This document shows, piece by piece, positions 24,818 to 36,847 of a DNA stretch of 64,000 bases (position 1 is the stretch's first letter; each line of letters starts with the position of its first letter). This DNA comes from Balamuthia mandrillaris. Lineage: Eukaryota. A program made the translations under genes and the position numbers. The DNA lies in contig JAVKOQ020000050.1 of the NCBI GenBank assembly GCA_031835245.2, positions 124,001 to 188,000 of the forward strand. Reading direction: 5' to 3'. The notes beneath the pieces were generated by a model. That model did not search any database. It was not told the DNA's origin and worked only from the letters and a program-made list of their open reading frames with translations.

Positions 24818-26764
24818 AGCAAATAAACATACATAAGACAGGCTCGAGAGCGACAATGTCTTGCTCAGAGAAGGGCTGTTGTCGGTTCAGTCTTTGGGCG
24901 ACCGTCTCTCCATGCGTGAACAAGCCGCTTTTCGGATCGACGTCCCGCACTCGAATGCCGGTCTTCCTCAGCAACTCCCGAAAGAGAATCCTCATATCGA
25001 CCCTTGCTTTCATCTCCATCAAGTACGTTCGTATTCCCAGCTTCTCTTCTACCTTCTTCGACTTCTGCGTCTCCTTCTCTTCCGTTGCATCTTGTTGCTG
25101 TTGAGGTACTTGTGCTGAGGAAGAAGAAAGGCGAAGAAGATAACGCCAATCGAACATATAATAGAAGGAGCGACAAACGCTCTCCACCAATTCTTCCCTC
25201 CAGTAACGCTGTGAGGCGTGGCTCGTGCCAAAGAGGAGGTTCATCCAACGCAACGCAACGAGATGAAAGGGCTCCGCTTTGTCCGTTTTTTGAAGCTGCA
25301 TCTCCCTTCGCATCAACGCTCGAAAGGTCTCTTTGCTCACTCGAACGACCATTTCAGTTTGCGTTCGTTGAAGCCAATAATGAATGGTTTCTTCTTCATC
25401 ATCTTCTTGTTCTTCTGCTGCTTCTTCTTCTAAAGAAGATGGAAACAGATCAGAAAGAAGCAAGAAAGGAGGCCTGCGGTTCTGTTCTTTCTTGTTCTGT
25501 TGTTCGTCGTCGCCTTCCTGTTCTTTTTCTTCTTCTTTCTTTGTGGTTAACAGCTGGAAGAGTTCCTCAAAGAGAAGGCCGAGATGACGAACGTTGATGC
25601 CCCATTTGTGCATCAACTTTGGGAGAGAAAGGAGGTCAGTCAGGTTGTCGTCCTCTCCTGCTATGGTATCTAGCTCGATGTAACATCCTCTGCCGGTTCC
25701 ACGCATGTTGGCCAGTTTTTGTTGGCGACGAGAGATGCAGCCGTGTTGCGTTACCAACCATTTGGCAAACTCACGAACTGAGAGAGATGGTGAGAAGCGG
25801 TAAGACAATAGCAAAGAGGAAGAAGAAGAAGAAGAAGAAGAAGAAGAAGAAGAAGAATAAGAAGAAGAACAAGAACAAGAAGAAGAAGAAGAAGAAGAAG
25901 AAGAAGAAGAAGAAGAAACCTCGATGCCGCATTAGATACAAGGTGGCTTGAATGGCTTGTTGGTTATGAGCAGCACGATCCGGGTCGAACATGATGAAAT
26001 TGCTGAAAGCATCGTTGCAGAGAGGAGCCGAGGAATAGCTGCGTACGAACTCGGGACGTAAAAGGCGAGTCAAGAAGGTGGAAGCCTTGCATTCTTTCTC
26101 ATCTTTGCTGATCGCGTTGTTGGTGAATGCTTTCAATAACGGCAGAGGTGCCTGGTGATATAGGATGGAAAACAAACAGATGTTGGAAAGTTGAACTTAA
26201 GATGAGAAAACGAGAGAACAAGAGCAATGGAGAATGAAGAACAGAAACAAGAAGAAAGAAAAAGGAAGAACCTCCGGTGGAAACAGCCGGTGGCAGTCAA
26301 TGACGTAAAGGCGTTCATCCTGTCCTTTGTGAACTTCCAAGTCGAGCGGCGTGTACATTTCTTTTGAGTCTCCTGGTAATCCACAAACGTGTTTCTTGAG
26401 GTTTAACTGCTTTGCCACTTTTGTTTAAGTTTTGTTTCAGGTTAACCTTGATGTTGTTTTCGAGGTGTCTTGAAAGAAGAAAAAGAGGACTTACTTTTTC
26501 GAAGAATGTGGTGAACTTTGGAGTCTTGTTTGACGTTTAGACCACCGTCGCTTGAGCCATAAAGCAAAGTGTTTTTGTTGATGGGTAACAAGCTCATCGC
26601 TGATATTCTAAAACCTATTTTGCCACATTTGTCAAGTACCAAAAGAAGAAGAAGAAGAAGAAGAAGAAGAAGAACAAGATGAACAGGAACAAGAAGAAGA
26701 ATAAGAAGAACAGAACAAGAAGAAGAATAAGAACAAGAACAAGAAGGAGAAGAAGAAGAAGAAG

Positions 26765-26802
<38 letters not shown>

Positions 26803-27408
26803 GAAGAAGGAGAAGCAGAAGAAGCAGAAGAAGAACAAGAAGAACAAGAAGAACAAGAAGAACAAGAAGAACAAGAACAAGAATAAGAAGAAGAACAAGA
26901 AGAACAAGAATAAGAAAAAGAACAAGAACAAGAACAAGAACAAGAACAAGAACAAGAACAAGAACAAGAACAAGAACAAGAACAAGAACAAGAACAAGAA
27001 CAAGTAAAAGCTAGAATTTTTACCTCGATAATCTATAACGACTAACAATGGGAAGAACAGATTCGGGTAATAAAGACTCAACATTGTACTCACATTTCGT
27101 AGCTCGTGTTTTGCTGCTTTGGCTGCATTTGAAGTGCCCTTTTTGTTTCAACGAACCAAGAAAGAAGAACAACCATTCTCAATAATAAAACATACAAAAA
27201 TAGTGAAATAAAGAGAAAGACAAAGACGTGGATAGCAGCCACAAGATAAGAGTATAAAGAAGAGAATATAAAAGAAGGTAAGATGAGAAAGGAAGAAGTT
27301 ACGCCATAAATAGAATGTGAGTCGATCGCAAACTTGAAAAAGATGCCTTGCACGATATACTTGTCACCGCCTGCTATCTGTACGTTAAAACCGAAAGGTT
27401 GTTAAAGC

Positions 27409-27450
<42 letters not shown>

Positions 27451-28362
27451 GCAAAGAGCGGCTACAGAGAGAGAGAGAGAACGGAAGAGACGAGATAAGA
27501 TGAGAGAGACGAGAACAGGGAGGCGAGAGAAAGCAGAAATAAATGAATGAGAATAGTTAAAAAAGAAAAAACGTACTCCTCCAGTATCGGCCGGTTTGTG
27601 TGTTCTCTTCTGCACCGGCAAAAAGTGCTGGTCCACAATGGTGATGGCCAAAAGCTTTGCCGTTCGCATAAAGTCCTTATAGAGCGTGTGCAGCTCCAAT
27701 AAAGCCTCGCTCTCATTGTGTTGGTGGGAGGACATCCGTTGAAGCAGCGCCTGATAGGTCTCGTTCCAACGAAACGTCTTTTGCTCGGTGCGAGCGGTCA
27801 GTTCTCGAGGCAGACAAACGCGAAAACTTTCCACTATCGTTTCATTTCCGTCTTTGTTTTCTTGTCCAGAGTTGTTGCTCTCATTTGCTTCCTCCTCTTC
27901 CTCCTCATCAGAGTCGTCGTTAAAGTCCAGACTGCCTTCTGTGGAGGCGTCCTCTTCGTCGTCTTCATCTTCTTCGTCGTCGTGGCTGCTATATTCTGGT
28001 TCTGTGTTGGTTGAGGCTGAAGAAGAAGAAGAAAGCTGTTTGTTATAGGAATGTCTCAAGTCTATAGAAGACGTAGCATAAGAGCCTTCTTCTTGTAACG
28101 CGCTGAGCTGTTCGGGAGTGAGTCCTTCGTGCAACGTTGAGGAGGAGGAGGAGGAAGAAGAAGAAGCAGTGTAGCCGTAGACTTGGCTAAGAGCCGACAC
28201 CTCTGCTTCAGAGAGGTCCACAACGTATTGTGCTGGTTCTTCCTCATCGTTGTTTGCTGTGGCGTAGGAAGAGGGTGGTGCGTCGGCACTGCCGTGCTGA
28301 AGAGCGTAGCATAGCGCATCGTAGGGGACGCTATAGGCATGTAACACCTGCTGTCGTTTCAT
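23943..28362 (-). CDS. CLU (clustered mitochondria/TIF31)-domain protein (multi-exon)
   Basis: Motifs WNETYQALL, AGGDKYIVQGIFFKFAID, AKAAKHELR, VIDYRGFRISAMSLLP, YGSSDGG, QLNLKKH, DLEVHKGQDERLYVIDCHRLFPP, LLRPEFV and MHKWGINVRHLG. Confidence 0.85.
26644..27004. repeat. Intronic GAA/GAACAA/CAA compound microsatellite; representative of many in the window (e.g. 8275-8400, 25820-25918, 55940-56090, 60600-60920)
   Basis: Seen directly in the sequence, inside a GT-AG intron of the CLU gene. Confidence 0.9.
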
Positions 28363-28746
28363 TCTTCTCCTCTTTCGCTGATAATTATTATTATTTTTCT
28401 TTGATCTTTTAGATTTAGTGAAAACCAATCGGAAAATTTATGTAATATTTTCAAATATCCAATAGGAAAATTATTAATCTCCCGTAGGACAAAAAGGGAA
28501 TATATTGCTGACATCACGCATGATTACATCATTGTTATTTAAAAATGGAAAGTATGATGTGGAAATCTCCGTTGCTGATGTCAGCATGGCGGATTTAACC
28601 CAAAATAAAATAAATAAAAAAGAGACAGAAAAAAAAAGCCAAACGAAATGCGAAACGGTGCGTTACTTCCGTCCGTTCATGGATCGGTTCTTTGTCGGCC
28701 GACGGGGCGTCGCGTGCGTCGCGGCGTTGGGGCGTTAACGGTGCCG

Positions 28747-29704
28747 ATGCTCCGCTCCTCCGGCAACGGGTTCCTCGCTGCCTCCCGCAGATGTTACGCT
28801 CAGATGTGGACCTCCTCCACTTTTCCAGCGGAGCAAGAAAATCGCTTCAAGATTTCTTCTTTTCGAAAAGTATTTTTTTTTGTGTTTAGGATCTTTTTCT
28901 TTGTGTGTTTTCTCACTAAAACGTTTTTTAAATATTTTTTTTTAAAAAAAAGAGCGCTGACGACGACAAACACGGACGTCACGTTTCGATCCAGTGGAAG
29001 GATAACACTGAAAGCAAAGTATAATTTTTCTTTTCTTTTTTTTTTTTGTATTTCTCTTTCTTTTTCTCTTTTTTTTTTACCTTTTTTTTCCTTTTTCTTT
29101 TTTTTGTTTTTCTTTTTTCTTTTTTTCTTTTCTTTTTTTTTCTCTTTTTTTCTTTTCTTTTTTCTTTTCTTTTTTCTTTTCTTTTTTGTTTTTCTTTTTT
29201 CTTTTTTTCTCTTTTTTTCTTTTTTGACTTTTTTTTCTTCTCTCTTCTTGAAAACAAAAATAGTATCATCTAAAATGGTTGAGAGACAATTGTCTTTGTG
29301 AGGCGTGCATGGACCAAGACTCGGGACAACGCATCTTCCGGGTGGTCGACAGCGATGAGCGGATGAGTCAAGCGAGTGCTGCTTCTGTTTCTTCGTAACT
29401 TTCTTTTTTCTTTTTCTTTTTTTCTTTTATCTTTTGGTGACCTTTGGAAACAAAAAAACAAACAGAAACGAAGAGAGCCTCTCCGTCGTTTGGACAGATG
29501 GGCATGAGAGCAGCTTTCCTTCCAGCTGGTTGAGACGTTATTGCTACGGTCAAACAGCAAAACAGGAACGGCGGAGGCAACGTCAACCTGTCCTTTGGAT
29601 GGGCAACTTTTGGTCTTCTTCTTCTACGTCGTCCTCACCCGCTCCTTCTCTCGACTTTGAATACGACTCTATCATGAACAGCGATGAACGTATATTCACT
29701 TCTT

Positions 29705-29743
<39 letters not shown>

Positions 29744-30923
29744 ATTGCTCTGTTAAATAACGAAATACAAATAGGTCGTTGGGAATGGCTTCGTCATATG
29801 TCTCTCTACGGTCTTAGTGTCATTCGTAACGTGCCCACTCGCGATCAAGAAGTAATGAACGTGGCACAAAGAACGGCTGGAATGATCCAGGACACCATCT
29901 ACGGGCGCAGCTGGGACGTGAAGAGCGTGGAGAAGGCTCACAACATCGCCTATACGGCCAAGCCGTTACATCCGCACATGGACTTGTTGTACTATGAGTC
30001 TCCGCCGGGCGTGCAGTTCTTGCACTGTTTGGAGTATAAGGCTGTTGGTGGGCTTAATACGTTTGCAGATGGATTCAAGGCTTGTATTTTTCTTCTTATT
30101 CTTCCTCTGCTGCTTCGTTGCTTCCTTTCCTTCCAAAACAAAAAGACAAAACATACGCTAAAGGTGAATGCAAATAACAGATATGCGAAGTGTTGAAAGA
30201 AAAGAACAGAAAGGCTTTCGATACTTTAGTCCGAGTTCCCGTTACATATCACTTTCAAGACAAAGATCATTGGATGCATTATCGGTAGCACTTCTCTCTC
30301 TTTCTCCCTCTCTCCTGTATGATTTCTTCTGTTTTTCTTATACCTCTTTGTTAACAAAACAGACGACCAAGCATAGTTTTGAACGATGACGGAGATATTG
30401 TTCAGTTCAACCATTCTCCCATCTTTGAAGGACCACTCGACATAAACTTTGAAGACGTCGAACCTTTCTACTCTGCTTATCGCGAATTAATCAAAGTTTG
30501 CTTCTCTCATTCTCATTCTCTCTCTTTCTCTCATTCTCTCTCTCTCACTCCCTCTTTCTCTCCCTCTCTTCCTTGATGTTTCTTCTTTTGTTTACTCACA
30601 CCAAAACAAAAACAACAAAGTTGGCTAGAGATGAAACGTTTCAACATAAGCTTCAAATGCAAGCTGGAGACTTGGTGGCATTCAACAATCGTCGCGTTCT
30701 TCACGCTCGCACCGCTTATCAAGGCCCAAGGCATCTTCAGGTACTTTCTTCTTTCTTATAGTCCCTTTTCTTTTCTCATCGCAATTGTATTTGCCTTGTT
30801 TTTTAAAAGGGGACCTACGTCAGTACGGATGAGTTCTTGAAGCATTACAGAGTCCTTCAAAGAAGATTCGAAACAGATCCATCCATTCGTTTGGGAGTCA
30901 CTCCAAAAGGAGGCAACTACTAA
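28747..30923 (+). CDS. Gamma-butyrobetaine/trimethyllysine dioxygenase family (TauD/TfdA Fe-2OG), probably mitochondrial; start uncertain
   Basis: N-terminal GBBH-like motif LSVVWTDGHESSFPSSWLR, HxD motif HPHMDLLYYESPPGVQFLHCL, and FNNRRVLHARTAY. Arg/Ser-rich presequence MLRSSGNGFLAASRRCY. Confidence 0.9.
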
Positions 30924-30946
30924 CAAAATAAATACCTCAATCACTA

Positions 30947-32358
30947 TCAACTCTTTTCTTCGTCGTGCTCTTCTTTCTTTTCTTTTTTGTTATCTTCTTC
31001 ATCGTTCTTTTCTTCTTTCTTTTCGTTCGTTGATGATGTTGTATTTGTTTTGTTCACTTTGTTGTTGTTGTTTTTGGTCTGCCTCTTTTTGCTCTGTTGC
31101 CGAGAACAAGCGACGTAAGCTACTTTCAATCGCTCATCTCGTTTTCGTCGCTTTGCTTCCTCCTCTGCCTCTATTGCTGTCTTGTTGATAACGTATTTGC
31201 CGATCAGGATCCTGTTGTGTGGTGTAATCTTTCGGTCGACGCATCTCCACCGACAGTCGTAACCTCTGTCCAATATCTTACCCATTCTCACTATTTGTTT
31301 AGCATATGAAGTCCGAAAGGTAATATAGAGAAGCAAACAAACGGAGGTGAGAACGAAAAAGAATAGAAAGCGAAGGAGAGAACGAGATAGAAACCTAAGT
31401 CGAGGGCAGCGGCCATAGGAATGCCAAGGCTTTGTGCGGCAGCAGTGACTTGTTTCTTGGAGTCATCATCTCTATGGCAGCATGGCATGATGGCAAAGTC
31501 AACAGCAGCAGCGGTGCATCTGTCGATGAGCTCGTCCGTGAGGTGGGCGCACGAATGACAGGCCACCACCATCACGTGACCCAGGGTTGGCCGCTCGCTT
31601 CTTTTGCTTCTCTCATCTTCCCCGGTTGGTTGCTGTTCTTCTTGCTGCTGTTGGCCTTTGGCGTTTGTTTTTGCTTCTTGTGAAAGAGAGGAGAGGAGGC
31701 GAGGTAACGCCACTTTGAGGTCTTCTTCCAGAAACTCAACGAATGACGAAGAAGGAGAAGGAGAAGGAGAAGAAGAAGAAGAAGAAGAAGAAGAAGAAGA
31801 AGAAGAAGAAGAAGAAGAAGAAGAAGAAGAACAAGAAGAAGAAGAGGAAGAAGAAGAAGAACAAGAACAAGAACAAGAACAAGAAGAAGAAGAAGAACAA
31901 AAAGAAGAAGAAGAAGGAGAAGGAGAAGGAGAAGAAGAACCAGAAGAAGAAGAAGAAGAACAAGAAGAAGAGGAAGAAGAAGAAGAACTGGAAACAGAAG
32001 GAAGAAAGTCGGCCCAAGCGGAGAGCATGGCATCAAAGGAACCCGGACGGTGAGGGTCTATCAGTATGGCTTTCGTTGCCTTTCGATAGGCCAGAAACAA
32101 CAGAGATATAAGTCCATGAGAGGCACACACTTCAATGACCTTACCACAAAAAAAAAAGATTAGTGATAAAGAATGAGAAAACGTGTGAGATGAGATAAAA
32201 TGTACCACTTGTTTCGAAGATGCGAATTTTTCGACTTTCTTGAAGAAGGCAAAGGCCTCCGTCACCTCCTTTTGATGAGGCTTGGTTCCCGGCGCTTTCT
32301 TGAAGGCGTGAAACAGCTTCTTCTCCAAGCTCAACGCCGGCGTCGGCCCGTTCTCCAT
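30947..32358 (-). CDS. SAM-dependent methyltransferase-domain protein (Methyltransf_32/METTL25-like)
   Basis: Motif I-like VIEVCASHGL, plus VVACHSCAHLTD and FAIMPCCH (HACG.L.D / PCC-type motifs) and ITPHNRILIG. Confidence 0.75.
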
Positions 32359-32386
32359 CTTTCACGCCTGGCAATCCTATCGTTAC

Positions 32387-32481
32387 GTCGACATGAGGAA
32401 CGTCTTCACGTCGACAGAAAGAGAATTATGTCGACTTAATTTTCTCGTGTCGACGTGTCATTTGTTGTTTCCTTAGTCGAC
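32387..32481. promoter_or_regulatory. Cluster of five GTCGAC palindromes immediately upstream of the methyltransferase gene
   Basis: GTCGAC at 32387, 32410, 32430, 32449 and 32476. Confidence 0.55.
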
Positions 32482-33332
32482 ACGACAAAGCTCAAACGTT
32501 GCAATAAACTTCAGATACCACGAACTAGAAAAGGGACGAGGAGGGACCAGAAGACTGCCACAGAAAAAGAGCTGGAATCACAACGAAGACCAATGGAAAC
32601 AACGCCGCTTTTGCACCAGCAGAACACGCGAAAAATCCAACCCAATCATAGAAAAAAAAGGAATACGTTTTCACACAAAACATGGGGCAGGTAGCGATGG
32701 ACCATCCGCCTCATTGGAGTGTGTTGGCTTATTTCGTCGCCCCCCTTCGCACGAAAACTCGTTCCTTTTTCCCCAACCACCACGCTCTCGCCGAAATGTC
32801 GCGTGGTTGTAGTTGGACACGTTGACGGTCGGTTTTATTCTTAATTGTTATAGTTATCCTTTTTAAGCGAATTAAAGCGATGCCGATTGGTCCAAATCAC
32901 CCTAGCAGGTGACGTGGCGGTCAACTCTCCCGATTTCTTTCCCTTAAATGGGTCCCTCCACGTCACCCCTTTCTCGTCACCATCTCTCATTGCTGTGTGC
33001 GTCACGCAACAAGACCACCACCAGATAGTTCTATCCAAGAGGCCTCCGGACTTTTTTTTTTTTTCTTTGGCCATAGTTTTCATCGTGTTATACGTTGACA
33101 GACAAAGCAACAACAAAATCAGAGGTTTCGCTTCTTTCTGACATAACAAACCATTACAAAAACAGCTTTTGACATTTAGGTAAGCGGCTTGCGTCTCCTC
33201 CTCCTTTTTGGCTTTGTCCAATGTCTCTCTCTCTCTTTGGGACAAAAAAAAAGAACGACGAGACGAGACATATGTCTCTCTCGTATTTTTCTTTGACAGA
33301 AAACCAATTTTAAAAACAGACTCTCTCTCTCC

Positions 33333-33370
<38 letters not shown>

Positions 33371-33646
33371 ATAAATATAACCAAAAAAAAAAAACTTGAC
33401 ACACTGACCTCTCTCTCTCATTATATTATTTGTACAAATAGTCTTACAGTTGACCCACCCGCTCTCTCCTGTGACGCGTTGTAAAACTCCCACTTTTATT
33501 ATTATCCTATATCCCCTCAGGTAATGCCTCTCTTCTCTTGTCTTTCTTGCACCACATACTACCTATATACGCTTATTATAGGACACTCTCTAACGTCATC
33601 TTCTTCTGCCACAAACAAACAAACAAACAAACAAACAGTTCTCATC

Positions 33647-35746
33647 ATGTCGAAGGTTTTCTTGTTGTTGTTGGCCTCTGTCCTCACCACGGACTCTGCC
33701 CTCCTGTCGAGCTCGTCGATCGCCACCGTCGGCGCTCCCCACGACTACTTTGAGCTGGTCGCCTCCGCGCCTCATCTTTCTCACCTCGAGGACGCTGCCG
33801 CCGCTGCTCTCTTTGCTCCATCGCTCGAGAGCATGGACGCCACTGCCAGTCATCCGCTCCTCGACTCGGGCGAACTCTCCATCACTTCCTCTTCCTCCGA
33901 GTCGGATGAAGAAGAGAGAGACCGAAAGCCGAAAAGCACGAAGAAGGTGAAGACAGCCTCTTCCGCGGCCAAGAGAGGCTTTCGTGGCACCTCGCTGAGG
34001 CGTAAGAAGGCCGAGCTGGCGCGCGCCCAAAAGACCAAGAACAAGAAGAAGCAACCTCTTCAACCGGCTCTTGCTTCGTTTGATGTTGCTCCAACGAACA
34101 TTAACAGCTCGGAAGACGAATCTGCTTCTTCATCTTCGTCCTCCGGAGATGGTGTTGTGGAGGCAGCTAGCTCTCCGACTCTGATGACCAGTCCTTCTGT
34201 GGTTGCGGCTTTGGAGGACGTCAAGCTGAAGCACAACTGGCTGTTTTGGTATGAAAAGAAGAAGAGGAACGCCAACTCCTCTTTCGAAACGAAAAAGAAA
34301 CAGCAAAAGACCTGTTCTTCCTCTTCTTCGAAAGGTCTTACGAAGCAAAGTTGGTTGAACCGACTGACCAAGACGGACGTCTTTGGCACGTACGGTCAGT
34401 TCATGGCCACTTGGGACGCTCTCTGGTCCTCTTCTTCATTCTCCTCTTCCTTCCGTGCTTCTTCATCGTCCAATTCTTCAGCTTCTTCTCCAACTCTCTA
34501 TCTCTTCAAGCATTCGACTTTGCCGCTGTGGGAAGATCGTGCCAACCGAAACGGAGGCAAACTCGCCATCAACCTGTCCTTCTCCTCTCCTTCTTCTTCG
34601 CCGAAGACGAACAGAAGAGACGAACTCCAACAAGAAAGAGTGGAGCGCAAAGCGGTGGATATCTTCCAACGAGTTGCGGTGGCGATGATCTGCTCGAGGT
34701 TCGTTGGAGCGGATGAGAGCGTGCATGGGGCCACCTTGTCGTTGAGGAGGAATGGCGCCTATCTCACGCTTTGGAATAAGGACGCGGAGGATGAGGAGGG
34801 TATTCAGCTGCTTCGCTGGCGCTTGGAGCGTTTGTTGGATGGAGCTTCAATGTCTTCTGGTTTTGGGGAAGATGGAGACGAAGAAGAGGACATCAAGTTT
34901 AGTACGAGCATTGCGTATAGGCCGCACCAAGAAAGCATTGTCGAGAATAGGAAGAAGAGACAGCAACATCACCATCAACAACGTCAGCGACGCAGCTCGA
35001 TTGACAAGGAGAGAGAGAAAGAGGTAGAAGTTAAGAAAGTTGGAACGAAGCTTTTGGAAGGAAGTGCTTCTTCGGAAAGCGGTTCTTCTGCTTCTCCTTC
35101 CGCTTCTTCTCGCAACAGCCGTTTCAATCAAGTTGACAAAGCCGCGCCGAAATGGAGAGAGCTATCCCCTTCTCTTTCCTCGTCTTCTCCTTCGGTGACT
35201 TCTTCTCCAGCTTCTTCAACAAGCTCTTCGGATTGTGAAGACGGCGCTGAAACGATCGTTGAAAGTTGTCCCTCGAAACCAACAGAAGGAGAGGATGAAA
35301 AAGACATCACAAATGATGCTGTTGAGAGAATCCAACAAGAACAAGAAGAAGAACTCGAACCAGAACAAACACAAGAAGAGGCAATGACTTCATTTATTGC
35401 AGAGCTGACGCAAGAAGAAGCAAAAGACAACAATAACAACCACCAAACCAACAAAGAAGAAACCGAAAGAAGGCGAAAGGAAAGAAGAAGGCAAAACAAA
35501 AAGAAGAGAAAGCAACAACGCAGAAATTCCTTTTCTGCTTCTTCTCTTTCTTGCTCTTCCGATGAAAGCGGAGAAGAAAGCTGCGATGACGAAGTACAAC
35601 AGAAAGCAGAATCAGAAGAGGCTGTCAAATCTTCTTTCGTTGCGCCAATTGTTTCTTCTCCTTCATCTTCTTTTACTTTGTCAGCATGCTGCGCAGTGAG
35701 TGCTGCGATAGCTGCTGCTGCTTCCTATTTCATCTTCTCTGTGTAA
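33647..35746 (+). CDS. Extended eIF4E-family cap-binding protein (699 aa) with hydrophobic C-terminal tail; 5' UTR intron at about 33521-33638
   Basis: eIF4E core LKHNWLFWY...SWLNRL...LYLFKHSTLPLWEDRANRNGGK...VHGATLSLRRNGAYLTLWNKD, flanked by long low-complexity arms. Tail FTLSACCAVSAAIAAAASYFIFSV. Confidence 0.88.
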   Translation: MSKVFLLLLASVLTTDSALLSSSSIATVGAPHDYFELVASAPHLSHLEDAAAAALFAPSLESMDATASHPLLDSGELSITSSSSESDEEERDRKPKSTKKVKTASSAAKRGFRGTSLRRKKAELARAQKTKNKKKQPLQPALASFDVAPTNINSSEDESASSSSSSGDGVVEAASSPTLMTSPSVVAALEDVKLKHNWLFWYEKKKRNANSSFETKKKQQKTCSSSSSKGLTKQSWLNRLTKTDVFGTYGQFMATWDALWSSSSFSSSFRASSSSNSSASSPTLYLFKHSTLPLWEDRANRNGGKLAINLSFSSPSSSPKTNRRDELQQERVERKAVDIFQRVAVAMICSRFVGADESVHGATLSLRRNGAYLTLWNKDAEDEEGIQLLRWRLERLLDGASMSSGFGEDGDEEEDIKFSTSIAYRPHQESIVENRKKRQQHHHQQRQRRSSIDKEREKEVEVKKVGTKLLEGSASSESGSSASPSASSRNSRFNQVDKAAPKWRELSPSLSSSSPSVTSSPASSTSSSDCEDGAETIVESCPSKPTEGEDEKDITNDAVERIQQEQEEELEPEQTQEEAMTSFIAELTQEEAKDNNNNHQTNKEETERRRKERRRQNKKKRKQQRRNSFSASSLSCSSDESGEESCDDEVQQKAESEEAVKSSFVAPIVSSPSSSFTLSACCAVSAAIAAAASYFIFSV

Positions 35747-35844
35747 ATATTTATTTATGCTTGTAAGTAAGAAACACTGTAAGTAAACAAAGAACAAGAA
35801 TAACAAACCTTGCAACTTAATTACAAAAAAAAGTTTCTTTTATG

Positions 35845-36811
35845 TTAGTCAAATGAAGAAGCCGAAAGTGTAAACGCTTCTAGAGAAGGATCAGCGACTA
35901 TCCAGTTGGCGAATGCTCTGTGCGCGAGAAACCGTTTTGTAGGTATCAAGTTAGCATTTATGGCTGCTGCTTTGGCAGCGTGATATGTTTGTTCACTCTC
36001 TGAAAGATCCAAAAAGCTTTTTTTGTTCCATTATTGTTTGCAAGGAAGTAAGAAGACAGAAAATAAAAGATGAGAGAGTAAAAATAGAAATGAATACCTT
36101 TGTAATGAAGGAGGTAAAGAGGATGAAGGTGAAGCAGAAGAGGAAGACGATGTTTGAAGGAGCCGGATGGTAGACCAAAATAGTGCAAAGAGTTCAGCTT
36201 TACAGAGACGAGAACGAAGCTTCGGATTGTTCCAGTTTCGTCGGTTGATGCCAAGCCTTTTGCCTAAAGTGCCGACCACCACTTCCACTGGTGGATAAAT
36301 GGTTCCGTCGTTGTTGGCTGCTCTTTGTTGTTCTTCTCTTCGTCGACACCACCAATTCAATGCTGTTTGTTTTCATTTTTTGTTATTTTTGTTTGGTAAA
36401 AAGAAAGCAAAAGGAAAAGGCAGAAATGAAATTACAATAAGAGGAAGCAACATCCTTGACACCCAATTCAGCAGCTCTTCCTTGAATACGTTCTTTGCTG
36501 AACTCAAATCGATGCTTCGTTGATAAAATAGAAACAACTCTTCCTATTTTGTTAATATTTAACATGATGAATAGAAACAAAAAAAAACACAAAGAGTTCA
36601 ACAAAACACACCATCATCATGAATGCCATCTGTGCGTTCAACAAAGGCTCGCCGAAGGGAGTGCTCATGAAAAAGTTCTCCTACGATGATGGAGTCAAGA
36701 AACACACCACCTTTTATAAAGAAGGAAAGCAACGCTCCTTGTAGTCCTACCGCCGTCCATCGTGCTATTTTATCACTTTCAAAAAAAATAAGTAGTCGAT
36801 AACAAGAGAGT

Positions 36812-36847
<36 letters not shown>

